A stretch of 63,683 bases of DNA, the filler included, from Anaerolineae bacterium (GTDB lineage: Bacteria > Chloroflexota > Anaerolineae > Epilineales > Epilineaceae): assembly GCA_029262755.1 (NCBI GenBank). It is 6 parts of 6 records of this genome, joined end to end, with 100 filler letters (N's around TTAATTAATTAA, not from the genome) between each part and the next. Parts side by side here need not be neighbours in the genome. Positions count along the whole stretch, not along the records: positions 44,821 to 50,502 come from JAJCYU010000329.1; positions 50,603 to 55,730 come from JAJCYU010000331.1; positions 55,831 to 63,683 come from JAJCYU010000333.1; 3 more parts are not named here. One strand, 5' to 3'. The translations under genes and the position numbers were made by a program. Every line of letters starts with the position of its first letter. The first letter of the stretch is position 1. The notes under the pieces were generated by a model. The model ran no database searches and was not told where the DNA came from. It saw only the letters and a program-made list of their open reading frames with translations. Of this stretch, positions 48,856 through 58,800 are shown piece after piece.

Positions 48856-50502
48856 TTATTCCAACGCGTCACCCGAATCCAGGGCGGCGGCCAGGACCTC
48901 GGCCACATCGCGCACGTCCACGTCCTGCGCGCGTTCGCCGATCGTGCTCTTGGCGGCGTCCATCATCGTAAGGCAGAAGGGGCACGCAACGCCGACTACG
49001 TCCGGCTTCGTCTCGAGCAATTCCTCCATCCGAATGATGTTGACGTCGGTGTCCGCCTCGCCCTCGAACCACATCTTGCCGCCTCCGCCACCGCAGCAAA
49101 GTCCCTTCTCCCGCGCACGGGGCGGGTCAACGACCTGGACGCCCGCGGCCCGCAGGCTGTCGCGCGGCGCGTCGAACTCGTTGTTGTAGCGGCCGAGATA
49201 ACACGAATCGTGGAAGGTCACCCTGGCCGCGTCCGCCGCGGCCGGCGGCACCTTCAATCGTCCCGATTCGAGGAGCTCACGCAGGACCTGCGAGTGATGG
49301 ATGACCTCGAACGAGCCGCCGAAGTCCGGAAACTCGTTGGCGATGGTGTTGAAACAATGCGGGCAGTGGCATACCACGCGCTTGAACGAGTACTTGCTTA
49401 GGTTGGCGATGTTGACCTCCGTCGCCGTCTGGTAGAGGTACTCGTCGCCGAGGCGCCGTGCGCTCTCGCAGGTGCAGCTCTCTTCCTTCATGATCGCGAA
49501 AGAAACGTCGGCGGCTTGCAGCAAACGGACAAAGGCGCGTGAGACTTTTTGGTTGCGCTGGTCGTAGCTGCCGGAACAGCCGACCCAGTAGAGGAACTCG
49601 TATTCCTCGCCCTCTGTGGCCACCGGTACATCCAGCCCTTCGGACCAGGCCGTGCGGTCCTCCGGTGCATAGCCCCACGGGTTGCCGCTAGTTCCCATGC
49701 TGCGCAAGGTCGTAGCCGCCGTGCCCGGCAACGCGCCCTCGGTGAGCGCGAGATAGCGCCGCATGTCGACGATGTCGTCCACGATTTCGATGATGGCTGG
49801 GCACACCTCAACACAAGCCATGCAGGTCGTGCACGAGAACAGCGCGTCGGGATGGACGAGCGCCTCCGCGCCGACGATGATCTCGCCGTCCGCGTTCGCC
49901 GTGAAGACCGGTTGGTCAAGTTCCGCGCGCAGACCGTCGGAGAGGCTGACGATGATCTGCTTCGGGTTGAGCGGCGTACCGCTCATGTAGGCCGGGCACA
50001 CGGTCTCGCAGCGGCCACAGCGCAGGCACGCATCGAAGCCCATACGCTGCTTCCACGTGAACTCCTCGAGCTTGCCGACGCCAAAAAATTCGGCGTTCTC
50101 GATGTCCATCGGCTGCAGCCTTGCACCGGCAGGCAGCGCCGTGCCGAGTGGCTGCATGATGAGGTTGGCCGAGGTCGTGATCAGATGCGCCGCGTTGTTG
50201 AACGGCAGCGCAGCGATCCACAGAAGCGACACGCCGGCGTGGAGCAGCCACAAGCTCAGGTGCCATCCGGCGGCCATCTCCGGGCTCACACCGAAGCCGA
50301 GAAACACCTGCGCCAAGCCGTAGCCGGCCCAAGACCATATCCCGTGCGGCACGGGGGCGATGGTCAGCCGTAGACCCTCGACCAAGAATCCGGTGACGTT
50401 GATCAACAACAGGCTCCCGATCATGAAGTCCCATTGGCCTTGAACGTGGTGCGGCCGCACGACGTAGCGGCGCACCATGGCCAAGGCCAGTCCGATCACG
50501 AA
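48856..50502 (-). CDS. Membrane Fe-S oxidoreductase, HdrD/FadF-like (5' partial)
   Basis: TM region, CLRCGRCETVCP and CTTCMACVEVCP ferredoxin motifs, CCG domains (HDSCYLGR, CCGGGG, ACPFC). Confidence 0.9.
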   Translation of the reverse strand, partial: FVIGLALAMVRRYVVRPHHVQGQWDFMIGSLLLINVTGFLVEGLRLTIAPVPHGIWSWAGYGLAQVFLGFGVSPEMAAGWHLSLWLLHAGVSLLWIAALPFNNAAHLITTSANLIMQPLGTALPAGARLQPMDIENAEFFGVGKLEEFTWKQRMGFDACLRCGRCETVCPAYMSGTPLNPKQIIVSLSDGLRAELDQPVFTANADGEIIVGAEALVHPDALFSCTTCMACVEVCPAIIEIVDDIVDMRRYLALTEGALPGTAATTLRSMGTSGNPWGYAPEDRTAWSEGLDVPVATEGEEYEFLYWVGCSGSYDQRNQKVSRAFVRLLQAADVSFAIMKEESCTCESARRLGDEYLYQTATEVNIANLSKYSFKRVVCHCPHCFNTIANEFPDFGGSFEVIHHSQVLRELLESGRLKVPPAAADAARVTFHDSCYLGRYNNEFDAPRDSLRAAGVQVVDPPRAREKGLCCGGGGGKMWFEGEADTDVNIIRMEELLETKPDVVGVACPFCLTMMDAAKSTIGERAQDVDVRDVAEVLAAALDSGDALE

Positions 50503-50602
50503 NNNNNNNNNNNNNNNNNNNNNNNNNNNNNNNNNNNNNNNNNNNNTTAATTAATTAANNNNNNNNNNNNNNNNNNNNNNNNNNNNNNNNNNNNNNNNNN
50601 NN
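50503..50602. other. Artificial contig spacer
   Basis: N44-TTAATTAATTAA-N44. Confidence 0.99.
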
Positions 50603-50902
50603 ATCAGGTCGGTCGCCCACTCCATCTGGTGAACGGACCAGTAGTACTCGACCGAGTCGGCGAAGAGCCGAGGCAGGACCGGGTTGGCGGTCTTCAGGAG
50701 TCTGTCGAGCGTCTTCGGCCAGTGACTGCGCAGCTGTCGATCAAGGAAGGCCTGCGCCTTTCGGGGGTCGTCGATCCACCGGAAGCAGTTGTCGGCCTTC
50801 CTGTAGTTGACGTCTGCGCGGTCGAGCTGGCGTGCTAGCCACTCCCGACCGTTGATGCAGACGCGCACGGTCAGAGGGAGCCACGCCTGAATCCGAACGT
50901 GC
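50603..50902 (-). pseudogene. Internal fragment of an uncharacterised protein, 5' end removed at the transposon terminus
   Basis: Protein-like sequence HVRIQAWLP...CINGREWLARQL...DNCF...YYWSVHQMEWATDL begins exactly at the transposon IR (50903). Confidence 0.65.
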
Positions 50903-51222
50903 TGTTGCGTTGCATGCCCCGAGGCGGGAGTCGTTGCATAGCGGTTGGCACAGGAGACTCCCTCGGCCATCGAGATCACGGGCAGGTATGACAGGCGGAG
51001 GATTGCAGCTGGCCAACGATCCATGATCGCTGAATCAGGCTCGTGAGAGCGCTTGGTGTTCTGCCGTTCCGTTCTGCACGGTCACTGCGAAGGCACGGCA
51101 CGGAACGAGGCCAGAGGAGCAGGCAGAAGAGTGGAAGGTGCCGAGCCCCCTCGGGGTGAGGATCCCCACTCTGCCCCAGGGTTCGAACACGAGGAGGCGC
51201 GTTGCCTCGGGTGGGATCGATT

Positions 51223-51687
51223 TCAGGAGTCCGTGTCGTCGACCTTCTCGAAGGTGACCTCGCCCCAGTGCCCTCGGTCGATCACGGTCGCGCGTACGGT
51301 CCAGTCGATCAGGCGTGCTCCCTCGGACTCCGCGCGATCCTCCAAGGCGAAGAAGTTCTCCGCGGAGGTCGCCGGCAGATCGAGGACGTAGACCAGCCGC
51401 CCGAAAGCCAGCTGTAGGCGCAGCCGAGGCTGGCAGCAGGGGTGCTGGCACTTCTCGCAGAGACAGCCAGCCTCCGATCGGATGCCATCGCTGGAGGAGC
51501 ACGCCAGAAAGCCGTCGTCGAAGAGTTTGCGAGCCAGCGATGTTTTCAGGATCCGTCCTCGCAGCTCATCGAAGTGGTTCTTGGCGACGTCGAAACCGTC
51601 GGAGACGACGCGCACCGGGAAGTAGCTCGGCTTGCGGAAGGCTTCACGAAGACGCTGGCGCTGCTGCTGAGTCTCTTGTGCTGGCAT
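51223..51687 (-). CDS. Cys-rich hypothetical transposon accessory protein
   Basis: 154 aa; CSSSDG...CEKC...CC.PRLRL motif; co-oriented with the transposase operon. Confidence 0.65.
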   Translation of the reverse strand: MPAQETQQQRQRLREAFRKPSYFPVRVVSDGFDVAKNHFDELRGRILKTSLARKLFDDGFLACSSSDGIRSEAGCLCEKCQHPCCQPRLRLQLAFGRLVYVLDLPATSAENFFALEDRAESEGARLIDWTVRATVIDRGHWGEVTFEKVDDTDS

Positions 51688-51790
51688 GGCGATGTCAGTT
51701 CTCTGTGGTGGTCGACTTGGACGTTCTGCGACCTCTGGCCGTCGAGGTTCCGGGCGTAGGTGACCGTCGACCTCGTTCGAGATCGAGACC

Positions 51791-52600
51791 TCATGGCCAC
51801 AAGACCTTGCGTGCCGAGACGACGTGGTTGTGATCGACGACGTCGGCGTCTTCGCGATGGGCGACCTCCAGGGACTTCAGGGCGAGGTGATCGGTGGCGC
51901 GCAGATTGCCGCGGCCGATCTCGTAGATCGCTTCGAGTGCCTTGGGGTCGAAGGGAACGACGGTCGCTCCGGAGATCGTCGAGCGGTGCTCGACGTAGCT
52001 CCCCGTCTCCGAGCGCGACAGCGGTCTCAAGACGGCGTAATGGGCCAGTCGCCCCGAGACATCCGCGAGGGCCGTTCGCCGCAGCAGTTCCCTCAGCGGC
52101 GTCTGCCCGACCAGGAGGATGCTCAGTACCAGACGGCTATCCATCTCGAAGTTCGTCAGCACCCGGAGAATCCCCATCACCTCGGGCCGCAGCTCGTGCG
52201 CGTCATCCAGAACGAGGACCGGGCGCAGACCATCGGTGTCGCTCAGCGTCAAGAAACGCTCTTGGAGATTGCGCACCAAAGAGGGGAAGGTCCCGGCGGG
52301 CGCCACGCCTGCGGCCAGAGCGAGCTCGCGACACATGTCTCGCTTCGACAGCCCGGTCACCTTGGTGTAGTGCACACGGTAACGGACCTCGGGGAGGTGG
52401 TCCTCTACCAGCGCTCGCAGCAGCGTCGTCTTGCCCACTCCGGAAGGAGCGATGAGGACGGCTGACATGCGCTCCTCGAGCACGCCCACGAGAGCAGCGA
52501 GTACTTCGTCGAAGATCTCGTTGCGGTAGCGCTCCCGGACCGCTATCTCTCGCGTGAACGGGGTCGTGTGAAAGCCGAAACGGCTACGGAAATCTCTCAT
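51791..52600 (-). CDS. ExeA/TniB-like AAA+ ATPase (transposition helper)
   Basis: FGF..TPF N-terminus, Walker A APSGVGKTT, Walker B LVLDDAH, LLVGQ; its start overlaps the transposase stop. Confidence 0.9.
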   Translation of the reverse strand: MRDFRSRFGFHTTPFTREIAVRERYRNEIFDEVLAALVGVLEERMSAVLIAPSGVGKTTLLRALVEDHLPEVRYRVHYTKVTGLSKRDMCRELALAAGVAPAGTFPSLVRNLQERFLTLSDTDGLRPVLVLDDAHELRPEVMGILRVLTNFEMDSRLVLSILLVGQTPLRELLRRTALADVSGRLAHYAVLRPLSRSETGSYVEHRSTISGATVVPFDPKALEAIYEIGRGNLRATDHLALKSLEVAHREDADVVDHNHVVSARKVLWP

Positions 52601-53976
52601 CAGAATTCCTCCTGAGAATCGGGATTGGACGACGGGTCACAGTCCGGATAGCCGCCGTCGGGACTGACGACGGGGCCGAAATCACGTTCGTACGCAAGGT
52701 CCGCGGCAGAGGCAGGAAGCGGCTGTTCGACCTCCTCCTGGTGCTTCGGGCCTCGCCCTCGTGGCGAGCGGGCATTCACCTCCAGGTCGACGGGGTGTAG
52801 CTCGATGAAGCGGCCCTCGTGCAGGAAAAAGGCCTTCCCTCCGTCCAGGAGCCGCCTTCGAAGGATCACCTTCGTGCCGTCGTAGCCTCGCGGTATCTCG
52901 TAAACGACCGAGTCGAGGCTGACGGTGTTGTCCGCCGTAACACGGCGCTTTACGGAGACCTCGAACTTCCTCTTGAGGGCCTCGCGGTCTTCGGGAAAGC
53001 GCAGGGGTCTCTCGTCGTTCGCGAAGCACTCCGAGGGCGACTTTCGCGCGAGGCTTTCGTGACCGCGAGGGTTGTACTGTCCCTCGAAGTAATGCCGGAT
53101 GCGTAGCTCCAGTGCTTGCAGATCGGGATCGACCTTGGGGTTGCGGTCGTAGCCACGCAGCACATCGTGCAGCGCCGTTTGGTTGAAGCGCTCGATCTTG
53201 CCGTGGCCCTCCGGGTACGCGGTCTCGCCGTGGATGAGAAGCCGCTCGAGGTTCGCGATCACGGAGGTCGAGTCATCGGCGATAAAGCCGGGGCCCTTGT
53301 CGAGATAGATGATGTCGAAGATGCCGTACTTCGAGATCATCTCGTAGAGGCCCCTCTGAAAGAGGGCGGCGTTCTCCGAGGTGCCGACGACGGCGTGCAA
53401 AACCAGGCGCGTCGCGTCGTCCAGAAAGAAGAGGACGACCCGCCGCGCTCTCTTCGCACCGGCGCGAAAGTGCTTCCCGTCGCACAGGACCATGTCCATT
53501 CGGTGCGGGTAGGCGAAGCGACGAGCATCGCGGTCCTTGGCCTTCTTGCGCTTTGCGACAGAGACGCCGAGTCGCTTCAACGTGCGGTACACGGTGGTGC
53601 GATCGCAGCGTTCAGTACGGCCGAGGTGTCCGTGCTCGCGTGCCCTTCGGATGAGCTCGGGTACGGAGACCCTCGGGTCCTTCGTCTTCTCCTCTCGCAT
53701 GAATCTCAACAACGCTGGGGAGAGGACCGTCGACGGCGCCGAGCTGTCATCGACAGGGACCGGTTCGAGGCCCTCGAGTCCCAGCCGTCTGTACGCGCCG
53801 AGCCAGCGATAGATGCTCCGCGTCGAGACCTTCTTCGGGCACTCTGACGGATCGAAGTGGTGCGCCATAGCGGCGACGACGCGTACCGCCGGCGCTTGGT
53901 TCTCTCCGCCGCGGATACGCGTGAGGACCTGGGAGACGATCTGGTAGCGAAAGAGGGTTTGGTCAGAATGCAGCAT
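52600..53976 (-). CDS. DDE (rve/Mu-like) transposase
   Basis: HTH (STRSIYRW), catalytic LCDGK, YLDKG and GKIERF, FLDDATR, Mu-transposase-C-like tail. Confidence 0.92.
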   Translation of the reverse strand: MLHSDQTLFRYQIVSQVLTRIRGGENQAPAVRVVAAMAHHFDPSECPKKVSTRSIYRWLGAYRRLGLEGLEPVPVDDSSAPSTVLSPALLRFMREEKTKDPRVSVPELIRRAREHGHLGRTERCDRTTVYRTLKRLGVSVAKRKKAKDRDARRFAYPHRMDMVLCDGKHFRAGAKRARRVVLFFLDDATRLVLHAVVGTSENAALFQRGLYEMISKYGIFDIIYLDKGPGFIADDSTSVIANLERLLIHGETAYPEGHGKIERFNQTALHDVLRGYDRNPKVDPDLQALELRIRHYFEGQYNPRGHESLARKSPSECFANDERPLRFPEDREALKRKFEVSVKRRVTADNTVSLDSVVYEIPRGYDGTKVILRRRLLDGGKAFFLHEGRFIELHPVDLEVNARSPRGRGPKHQEEVEQPLPASAADLAYERDFGPVVSPDGGYPDCDPSSNPDSQEEF

Positions 53977-54074
53977 CGCTCTCGTCCTTCTCGCAAAGCG
54001 TGGCGAGAAGGTACGAGGGGCTGCGTTCGCCGTCGACGTGCCCTTTTCGTGGACGGTGCCGGTGCCCAGTGGCG

Positions 54075-54860
54075 TCAGGTCGGCGCCGGCTTTCCCTCGA
54101 TGTAGAACGGCAGCTCTTCAAGACAGCGCGATTTCGGATGGCAGCTTCGAGGTCGTCCCCAACGTCCGGCGAGGTGGCCCGCGAGAAGGAGCCGCAGAGC
54201 ACGCTGGCGACCGGGCTGGACCGCGGCGATGACGTTCCAGACCGCGGCACCTCTATGCTGGTAGCCAGAAAGCCGTCGCCGAGATTCTTCGCGGATCAAC
54301 AGAAGCGGTACGCCGAGGACGGTGGAGATCAGCTGTCGTGTGCGCTCGTCGATTGCCTTGCCGATGCCGGTGAGGCTGAGAGCGAGCTCGAGGTGGCGAC
54401 GCTGAGTGCTCCACCAGCGTTCGGGAACACCGTCGTTGGAGTCTCGTGGCCATGCCTTGCGTTGCCGCGCATCCAGAGCGGCTTGAAAGACGCTGTCCTC
54501 GAAGGTGTCGAGATCCCCGCGGGCCTTACCGTCCTCGCCGAGAATCGCGGCGCCGTCTGCAGAGAGGGCAAGGACGGGGGCTCGCTGGTACGGCGCGTAA
54601 CCTGGAGGATAGATCGTGAAGATCGTGCCATGCCGATGGCACTTGGCGACGGTCAGAGCAAAGCGAGGACCGGTCTTGCGGGACCTCAGGCTCTTGCGTC
54701 GTACGTCGCAAGGACCAGACGCCGAGTGCATCGGACACTCTGTCGGAAGCACCGGGACGAGCACGCCCTCGGAGTCGGGCGAGTACGGCGCCACTACGAA
54801 ATCGCGTGCGCGATTCCGCTCTCGCGGGGACAATCGTGAGCCTGTGGTACCCTGGTGCAT
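54075..54860 (-). CDS. Putative Zn-binding protein upstream of the transposase (DUF6431-like by pattern)
   Basis: C-x8-C ... KCHRHGTIFTIYP pattern; first gene of the element. Confidence 0.6.
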   Translation of the reverse strand: MHQGTTGSRLSPRERNRARDFVVAPYSPDSEGVLVPVLPTECPMHSASGPCDVRRKSLRSRKTGPRFALTVAKCHRHGTIFTIYPPGYAPYQRAPVLALSADGAAILGEDGKARGDLDTFEDSVFQAALDARQRKAWPRDSNDGVPERWWSTQRRHLELALSLTGIGKAIDERTRQLISTVLGVPLLLIREESRRRLSGYQHRGAAVWNVIAAVQPGRQRALRLLLAGHLAGRWGRPRSCHPKSRCLEELPFYIEGKPAPT

Positions 54861-55137
54861 TCAGGGTGCCATGCCTGGCCCGTAGTGCGTTCTTCACTAC
54901 GGGCCTTTCTCCATCTCGCCAAGATTCGTTCCAGGGGGCGATCGGGATCCGTTCGCCTGCACGTCACGGAGTACCGTAGCGCCAGAGGAGTCTCGATGGC
55001 AATGGGCTGCGGACGGGTGAACAACCGGCACTTAACTGATCAGCGCCCCTCGAGCCCCCCGTGGGAGGGCCGCCATCTGTGCCATCGATCGTGCAACGAG
55101 GGCCGTGGATCTGTGCCAAAGGGCAAGCCGCGTAACA

Positions 55138-55638
55138 CCCCTCGGGTAGGTTTCCCCGCTTCGACGGTACTATGCAGACGCTCTGACCACTGACGCCCGT
55201 CCCGCTCGCTCGGTCTCCCTCGCTACGCGGTACCGGCTCGTACGTCCTTGTTTCGCTCCCTTCGAGGGGGGACGCGCCCTCTCCGGGCCGGGCCTTGGTC
55301 GACCGGGCTTGCCCAACCGGTTGCTTTGAAGCCGGAGACGTCAGTGCCTCACGAGTTCCCTGGCAACCCTCTCATGCGTCTGCTCCGCTCGAGTGACCCC
55401 GCCGGGCTCTCCGCACATGGCACGCGTGCTTCGTTTCTGCTGCCGGACCTTCGCACGTCGACAGCGCACCGGATGGGTTGTTTCGAGGCTCGATGACGCA
55501 GCTTTCGCATTCCCTGTTTACGCTTCGCAGGCAGGGTCACCCCGTACCCACGCAAAACTCGGTTCCGGCGGTCGCCAACTTTGCCGGACGGGACTTGCAC
55601 CCGCAGGGCTGCGATGCAAGGTTTCCGCTCAATCGCTC
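55138..55638 (-). ncRNA. 5' part (domains I-III) of a group II intron, truncated
   Basis: Minus strand reads GAGCGATTGAGCGGAAACC...GGTGCAAGTCCC...GAGTTTTGCGTG...GCGAAGCGTAAACAG...GAGCCTCGAAA...CATAGTACCGTCGAAGCGGGGAAAC, all typical group II intron DI-DIII motifs. It is cut by the transposon end; no RT ORF or DV/DVI. Confidence 0.8.
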
Positions 55639-55730
55639 ATGGGCATCCTCCTTGTCAGGGCTGCTGGCTGAAGAGCCAGGGTCCCGAGGGACCGCTTGTC
55701 GCACCAGAAGGCAACAGAGGCAACGAAGGA

Positions 55731-55830
55731 NNNNNNNNNNNNNNNNNNNNNNNNNNNNNNNNNNNNNNNNNNNNTTAATTAATTAANNNNNNNNNNNNNN
55801 NNNNNNNNNNNNNNNNNNNNNNNNNNNNNN
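55731..55830. other. Artificial contig spacer
   Basis: N44-TTAATTAATTAA-N44. Confidence 0.99.
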
Positions 55831-58800
55831 GTTGCCGTCCAGGCCGCGGTCGCGCATCGTCGCCGTGATCGTGTCCACGACGGCGTCATCGCTGCTGGCC
55901 AACCTCACACCCGTGCCGCGGCGGCCCGCGGGGGGCCCGCCCCAGCTCAGGTCAAGCAACGTCATCGTCACGCGATCGGAGCTGACGACGTGCAACGCGC
56001 GGGAGTCAGCGCCCGTCACCGCGAGGCTCGCGAGCACGGAGTCGTCGGCGCCGCTGAGGGAGAGCACGTCGCCGCCGCTGAAGCCGCTCGCGTCCAGGGT
56101 GATCGGCATGAGCCCGGCCGTGCCGGGCTGGGTGGCGCCGTCGAGGAGGACGCCCTCGGTGACGACGGGCAGCGTGCTCGTCAGCAGGAGCGTCTTCTGT
56201 CCCCCGGCGCCGATGTTGAAGGGGATCGCGTCCACGCCGACCGTGGCGTTGGTCGCCAGGATCGCCTCGCGCAGGCTGATTGCACTGTCCGCACCGGGGC
56301 TGGCCACGAGCGCCGCGATGCTCGAGGTGTCGCCGTCGTCCACGTCGTAGATCGTCGTGACTTCGAAGACCGAGGGAGCGATACACGGCGGGAGCATGCC
56401 CAGGAAGGGCGTGGCGGCCACGCTGCCGGGCGTGCCGATGATCGCGTCACCTATGCCGGCATTCGGCGGCGCGCAGGCCGTCGGGCATGCGGGGCCCGAG
56501 GGATCGCCCCACCAGTTGAACAGGGCGTCGACCGGGCTCGGCGTGCTGTTGTCCAGGCCTGCGGCCGTGTTGCCGTCGACCTCGTTGTTCGTCAGGCGCA
56601 CGCCGGAGGATGTTCCGTCGAGCAGCACGCCGGTCGTGTTGAGCACGATCGAGGAGCAAGTGATCGTCACGGCGGAGCTGCTGGAGACGTGGACACCGTC
56701 CACGCGGTCGCTGACCTTGATGTCCTCCATCGTCACGTCCGTGCTGCCGGCCACGGCCACGGACTTGCCCGCGGCGGGGCCGCCGGGGCCAGGCAGATCC
56801 AGGTTGCGCAGCAACGCACCCGTCAGACCGCTGAGCACGATCGCCTCGTCCGGCGAGTCGACGATCGCCAGGTCGGTCAGCACCGTGCCGTCGCCCGTCG
56901 AGGTCAGGACGGGACCCGCGACGCCGCCGGCGTCGAGCGTGATCACGGGCAGCCCGGCGAAGCCCGGCTGCGTCGAGCCGTCGATGGTCAGCGACTCGCT
57001 GATCGTGGGCAGCGCGCCGACCAGGATGATCGTGGCCGCGCCGGTCGGGCTGATGTTGAAGGTGATCTCGTCCGCACCGGGCGTGTTGTTGGTAGCGAGG
57101 ATCGCCTCGCGCAGACTGATCCGGTCGTCCGTGCCGCGGTCGAGCGTGAGGCTGGTCACGCTGGAGACGTCGCCGTCGACGGTGTCCGCCGTCGTCGTGA
57201 CCTCGAAGGGGACCGGCGCGCAGGCCGGGGGGCTGGTGAGGAAGGGGTCCGCATCCACGTCATTGATGTAGCCATTGCCCGCGCCGCCGAGGTTGGACGG
57301 CCCGTCCGCCGCGCCCCACCAGTTGCCCTCCGCCGGCAGCGTCCAACTGTTCGTGTTCCAGCGGATACCGTTCGTGTTGTCCTCGATGAGGTTGTCGACG
57401 ATCGTCACCGGCTCCTCGCCACTGATGTTCCAAAAGGCCTGCGCTTCGATGCCGTCGTTGTTGTCGACGAGGCGCGTGCAGCTGATCGCGAGCAGAGGGT
57501 TGCCCTGGTTGAGGAGGATGCCGTCACTACGACCCTCGATGTCGAGGTAGGAGATGTTGACGTTGTTGTTCTGCCGCAGCAGGTTGGCGGCGGCGAAACC
57601 GGTCTGAGCGAAGCGGTGGCGCACCTGCAGCCCCGTGCCGCTGCGCGATCCCGTGACGTCGCGATACTCCCAGCCCAGGTTGAGGCGGGTGACGGTCACG
57701 TTGTCGATCGACCAGTTCACCGCGTCGTTTACGTTGAGTTCGAGCGCTGTCCCGGACACGCGGCGCAGGGTGTGCTCGCCCGCCTCGTTCGTGACGTCGA
57801 TCAGGTTGGAGCCCGTGACCGAGCCGTCGGAGATCGTGAGGTCGGTCGTGTCGTTGCGCTGGATGCGGATGCCGCTCGTGCTGTCCGAATAGTCGTTGCC
57901 CTCGACGAGGGTGCCGGTGACAAGCTGCCGGAAGTGCAAGGCCGAGCTCCCGCCGCTCAGCCGAAGGTCGTTGCGCCGGATCGTGACGTCGCTGCCGGAA
58001 TCGAAGTAGATGCCGCCGTTGTTGTCGGAGACAACGTTGTCCTCGATCGTCCACTCATCGCCGCTAAAGTCGAAGCCCTGGTCACGGTTCGACGCACTAA
58101 CGTCGGAGACCGTCCAGCGGTCGCCCCGGCCGTGCAGGGCCGTGCCGCGCCGTACGCCGTCGCCGGTCCAGCTCAGGTCCATGTTGCCGGCGACGACGTC
58201 GTCGATGCTGGAGAGGTACAACGCATTGCCGGTCACCTGGCGCAGAGTCTCTGCTCCGCTGCCGTCCGTGACGTCGATGTCCGTTCCGGGCAATGAGCCG
58301 TCCGAGACGGTCAGGAAGCCCGTGGCGCGCTCCACGCGGATGCCGTTGGTGCTGTAGCTATGGTCGTTGTCCTCGATGAGGAGTTGTGCCCCGCTGACCG
58401 TGTCGGTCAGGATATCGTAGAGCCACACCGAGTTGTTGTCATCGGATAGATTGTTGTCCCGGATCGTGATGTCGGTGTTGCCGTTCGTGAGATTGAAACC
58501 GATGGACTGGAACCCAATGCCGTAGTCCCGGTTCGTGATGACGTTGTCCTCGATCGTCAGCCGGTTCGAGCGTCGCTCGTTGTAGATACCGCGCCCTCGT
58601 CGCGTGCTGTCGCCGAGCCAGCTGAGGTCGAGGTTGCAGATGATTGCGTCGTCAAGGTCGTAGATGTAGATCGCGTCGCCCGACACGGTGGTCAACGTCT
58701 GCGTGACCACGCCGCTGGAGAGGGTCAGCGTGATGTCCGTGCCGATCTTCGAGCCGTCGGAGACGGTGATGTTGCTCATCGATTGCAGGCGTACGCCATA

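Larger units (their letters stand above)
50903..55137 (-). mobile_element. 4235-bp TGT...ACA transposon: Zn-finger protein, DDE transposase, AAA ATPase, accessory protein
   Basis: Terminal IRs TGTTGCGTTGCATGCCC / TGTTACGCGGCTTGCCC (13/17); shared internal motif TCGTTGCA-N7-TGGCACAG at 50931-50953 and 55077-55099 (inverted). Confidence 0.8.

Noticed and set aside
50903..55137. CRISPR-associated or Tn7 transposon
   Set aside because: No cas genes, array, TnsA or recognisable TniQ/TnsD inside the ends.
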